This document shows positions 63,134 to 64,000 of a DNA stretch of 64,000 bases, in pieces (the first letter of the stretch is position 1; the number at the start of each line of letters is the position of its first letter). The notes below the pieces were generated by a model that worked only from the letters and a program-made list of their open reading frames with translations, made no database searches and was not told the origin of the DNA. Location of the stretch: positions 4,000,001 through 4,064,000 of the forward strand of contig CAWKDB010000010.1 of assembly GCA_963848295.1 (NCBI GenBank), read 5' to 3'. The position numbers were made by a program, and so were the translations under genes. This stretch comes from an uncultured delta proteobacterium. Lineage in GTDB: Bacteria > Myxococcota_A > Polyangia > Haliangiales > Haliangiaceae.

Positions 63134-64000
63134 CTACTGGATGATGTACTGGCAGTTCGTGCAGCCGGGCGTGCCGTCACACTGCTCCCCGAACGAAACC
63201 TCGACGATCCCGTCGCCGCAGTAGGGCGCGGCTTCACATGCCGCGGTGCACTGGCCCTGGCCATACGCGGTCACCGAGTTCGCCGCACCGTTGTCGCACT
63301 GCTCCGGTCCGTTGATGACGCCGTCGCCGCAGTACGGCGCCAGCGTGCAGTCCATGTCGCACGTGCCGTACGAGCCGTTGTTCGTGCCGTTATCGCACTG
63401 CTCGGTGCCGTTCTTCACCCCATCGCCGCAGCGGCCGCCGAGCGTGCAGTTCGGGTTGCACTTGCCGTAGCCGCCGGTGTTGTTCGCGGTGCCGTCGTCG
63501 CACTGCTCGCCAGCGTCGACCACGCCGTTCCCGCACTTCAACGTGCAGTTCGCGGCGCACGGATCATCGGCCGCACCATTGTTGACGCCATCGTCGCATT
63601 GCTCGGCGCCGTTCTTGAGGTTGTCGCCGCAATGCGGCCCGAGCTTGCACGTAGAAGTACAGCCGTTGTACGCACCGATATTGGCGGCGGTGCCGAGGTC
63701 GCACTGTTCGCCATAGACCGACTGCACGGTCGCGTCGCCGCAGTACGGCGCGATCACGCAGCCCGGGCCGCACTCCGCCATCGTGCCGCCATAGGTCGCG
63801 ATGTTGTTGCCGTCATCGCACTGCTCGGGTCCGTTCGTCAGATCGTCGCCGCAGTACGGCTCGCGCAGCGAGCAATCCGCCGAGCAGCTGCCGTACATCC
63901 CGTTGTTGACGCCGTCGTCACACACTTCGTTGCCCTCGATGATCCCGTCGCCGCAGATCGGCGCGCAGGTGCTCACCGTGTGCGTGAAGCCGCTCAGCGT
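63134..64000 (-). CDS. Myxococcal Cys-rich repeat (DUF4215-like) protein, C-terminal part
   Basis: About eight CGDG...EQCDDG/EQCDNG repeats; runs off window end. Confidence 0.85.
   Translation of the reverse strand, partial: TLSGFTHTVSTCAPICGDGIIEGNEVCDDGVNNGMYGSCSADCSLREPYCGDDLTNGPEQCDDGNNIATYGGTMAECGPGCVIAPYCGDATVQSVYGEQCDLGTAANIGAYNGCTSTCKLGPHCGDNLKNGAEQCDDGVNNGAADDPCAANCTLKCGNGVVDAGEQCDDGTANNTGGYGKCNPNCTLGGRCGDGVKNGTEQCDNGTNNGSYGTCDMDCTLAPYCGDGVINGPEQCDNGAANSVTAYGQGQCTAACEAAPYCGDGIVEVSFGEQCDGTPGCTNCQYIIQ

Noticed and set aside
63134..64000. Repeated DNA as a possible non-coding array
   Set aside because: Explained by Cys-rich protein repeats that vary at synonymous positions

Overview
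High-GC, gene-dense bacterial chromosome window. The gene content (five Ser/Thr kinases, FHA-sigma54 activator, three ECF sigma factors, Cys-rich 'CGDG..EQCDDG' repeat protein, many orphan lipoproteins) points to a myxobacterium (Myxococcota, Haliangiales/Kofleriaceae-like; inference). Recognisable genes include prfC, lon, frmA/adhC, a TetR-EmrB-EmrA-TolC efflux operon, pirin, DedA, MFS transporters, EVE, GNAT and an enoyl-CoA hydratase. I saw no rRNA, tRNA or CRISPR array. The most unusual element is a ~1 kb cassette (56230-57252) between two divergent housekeeping genes. It consists of a junction palindrome, a hexamer array, the 5' half of a four-helix-bundle (TIGR02436/bAvd-like) gene and the 3' half of a group II intron with intact DV/DVI, and it is bracketed by an exact 10-bp direct repeat. 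This suggests a chimeric retro-insertion. Other notable items are an anti-sigma-less, Cys-bearing ECF sigma that shares a promoter motif with the neighbouring thioredoxin, pervasive leaderless (-10 box directly before the start codon) gene architecture, an atypical DFN kinase with an 80-aa insert, and a secreted VWA7/Het-C-like protein. Several frameshifts (3.6-5.6 kb, 12.9-13.7 kb) look like sequencing indels. All annotations come from motif recognition by eye; no searches were run.
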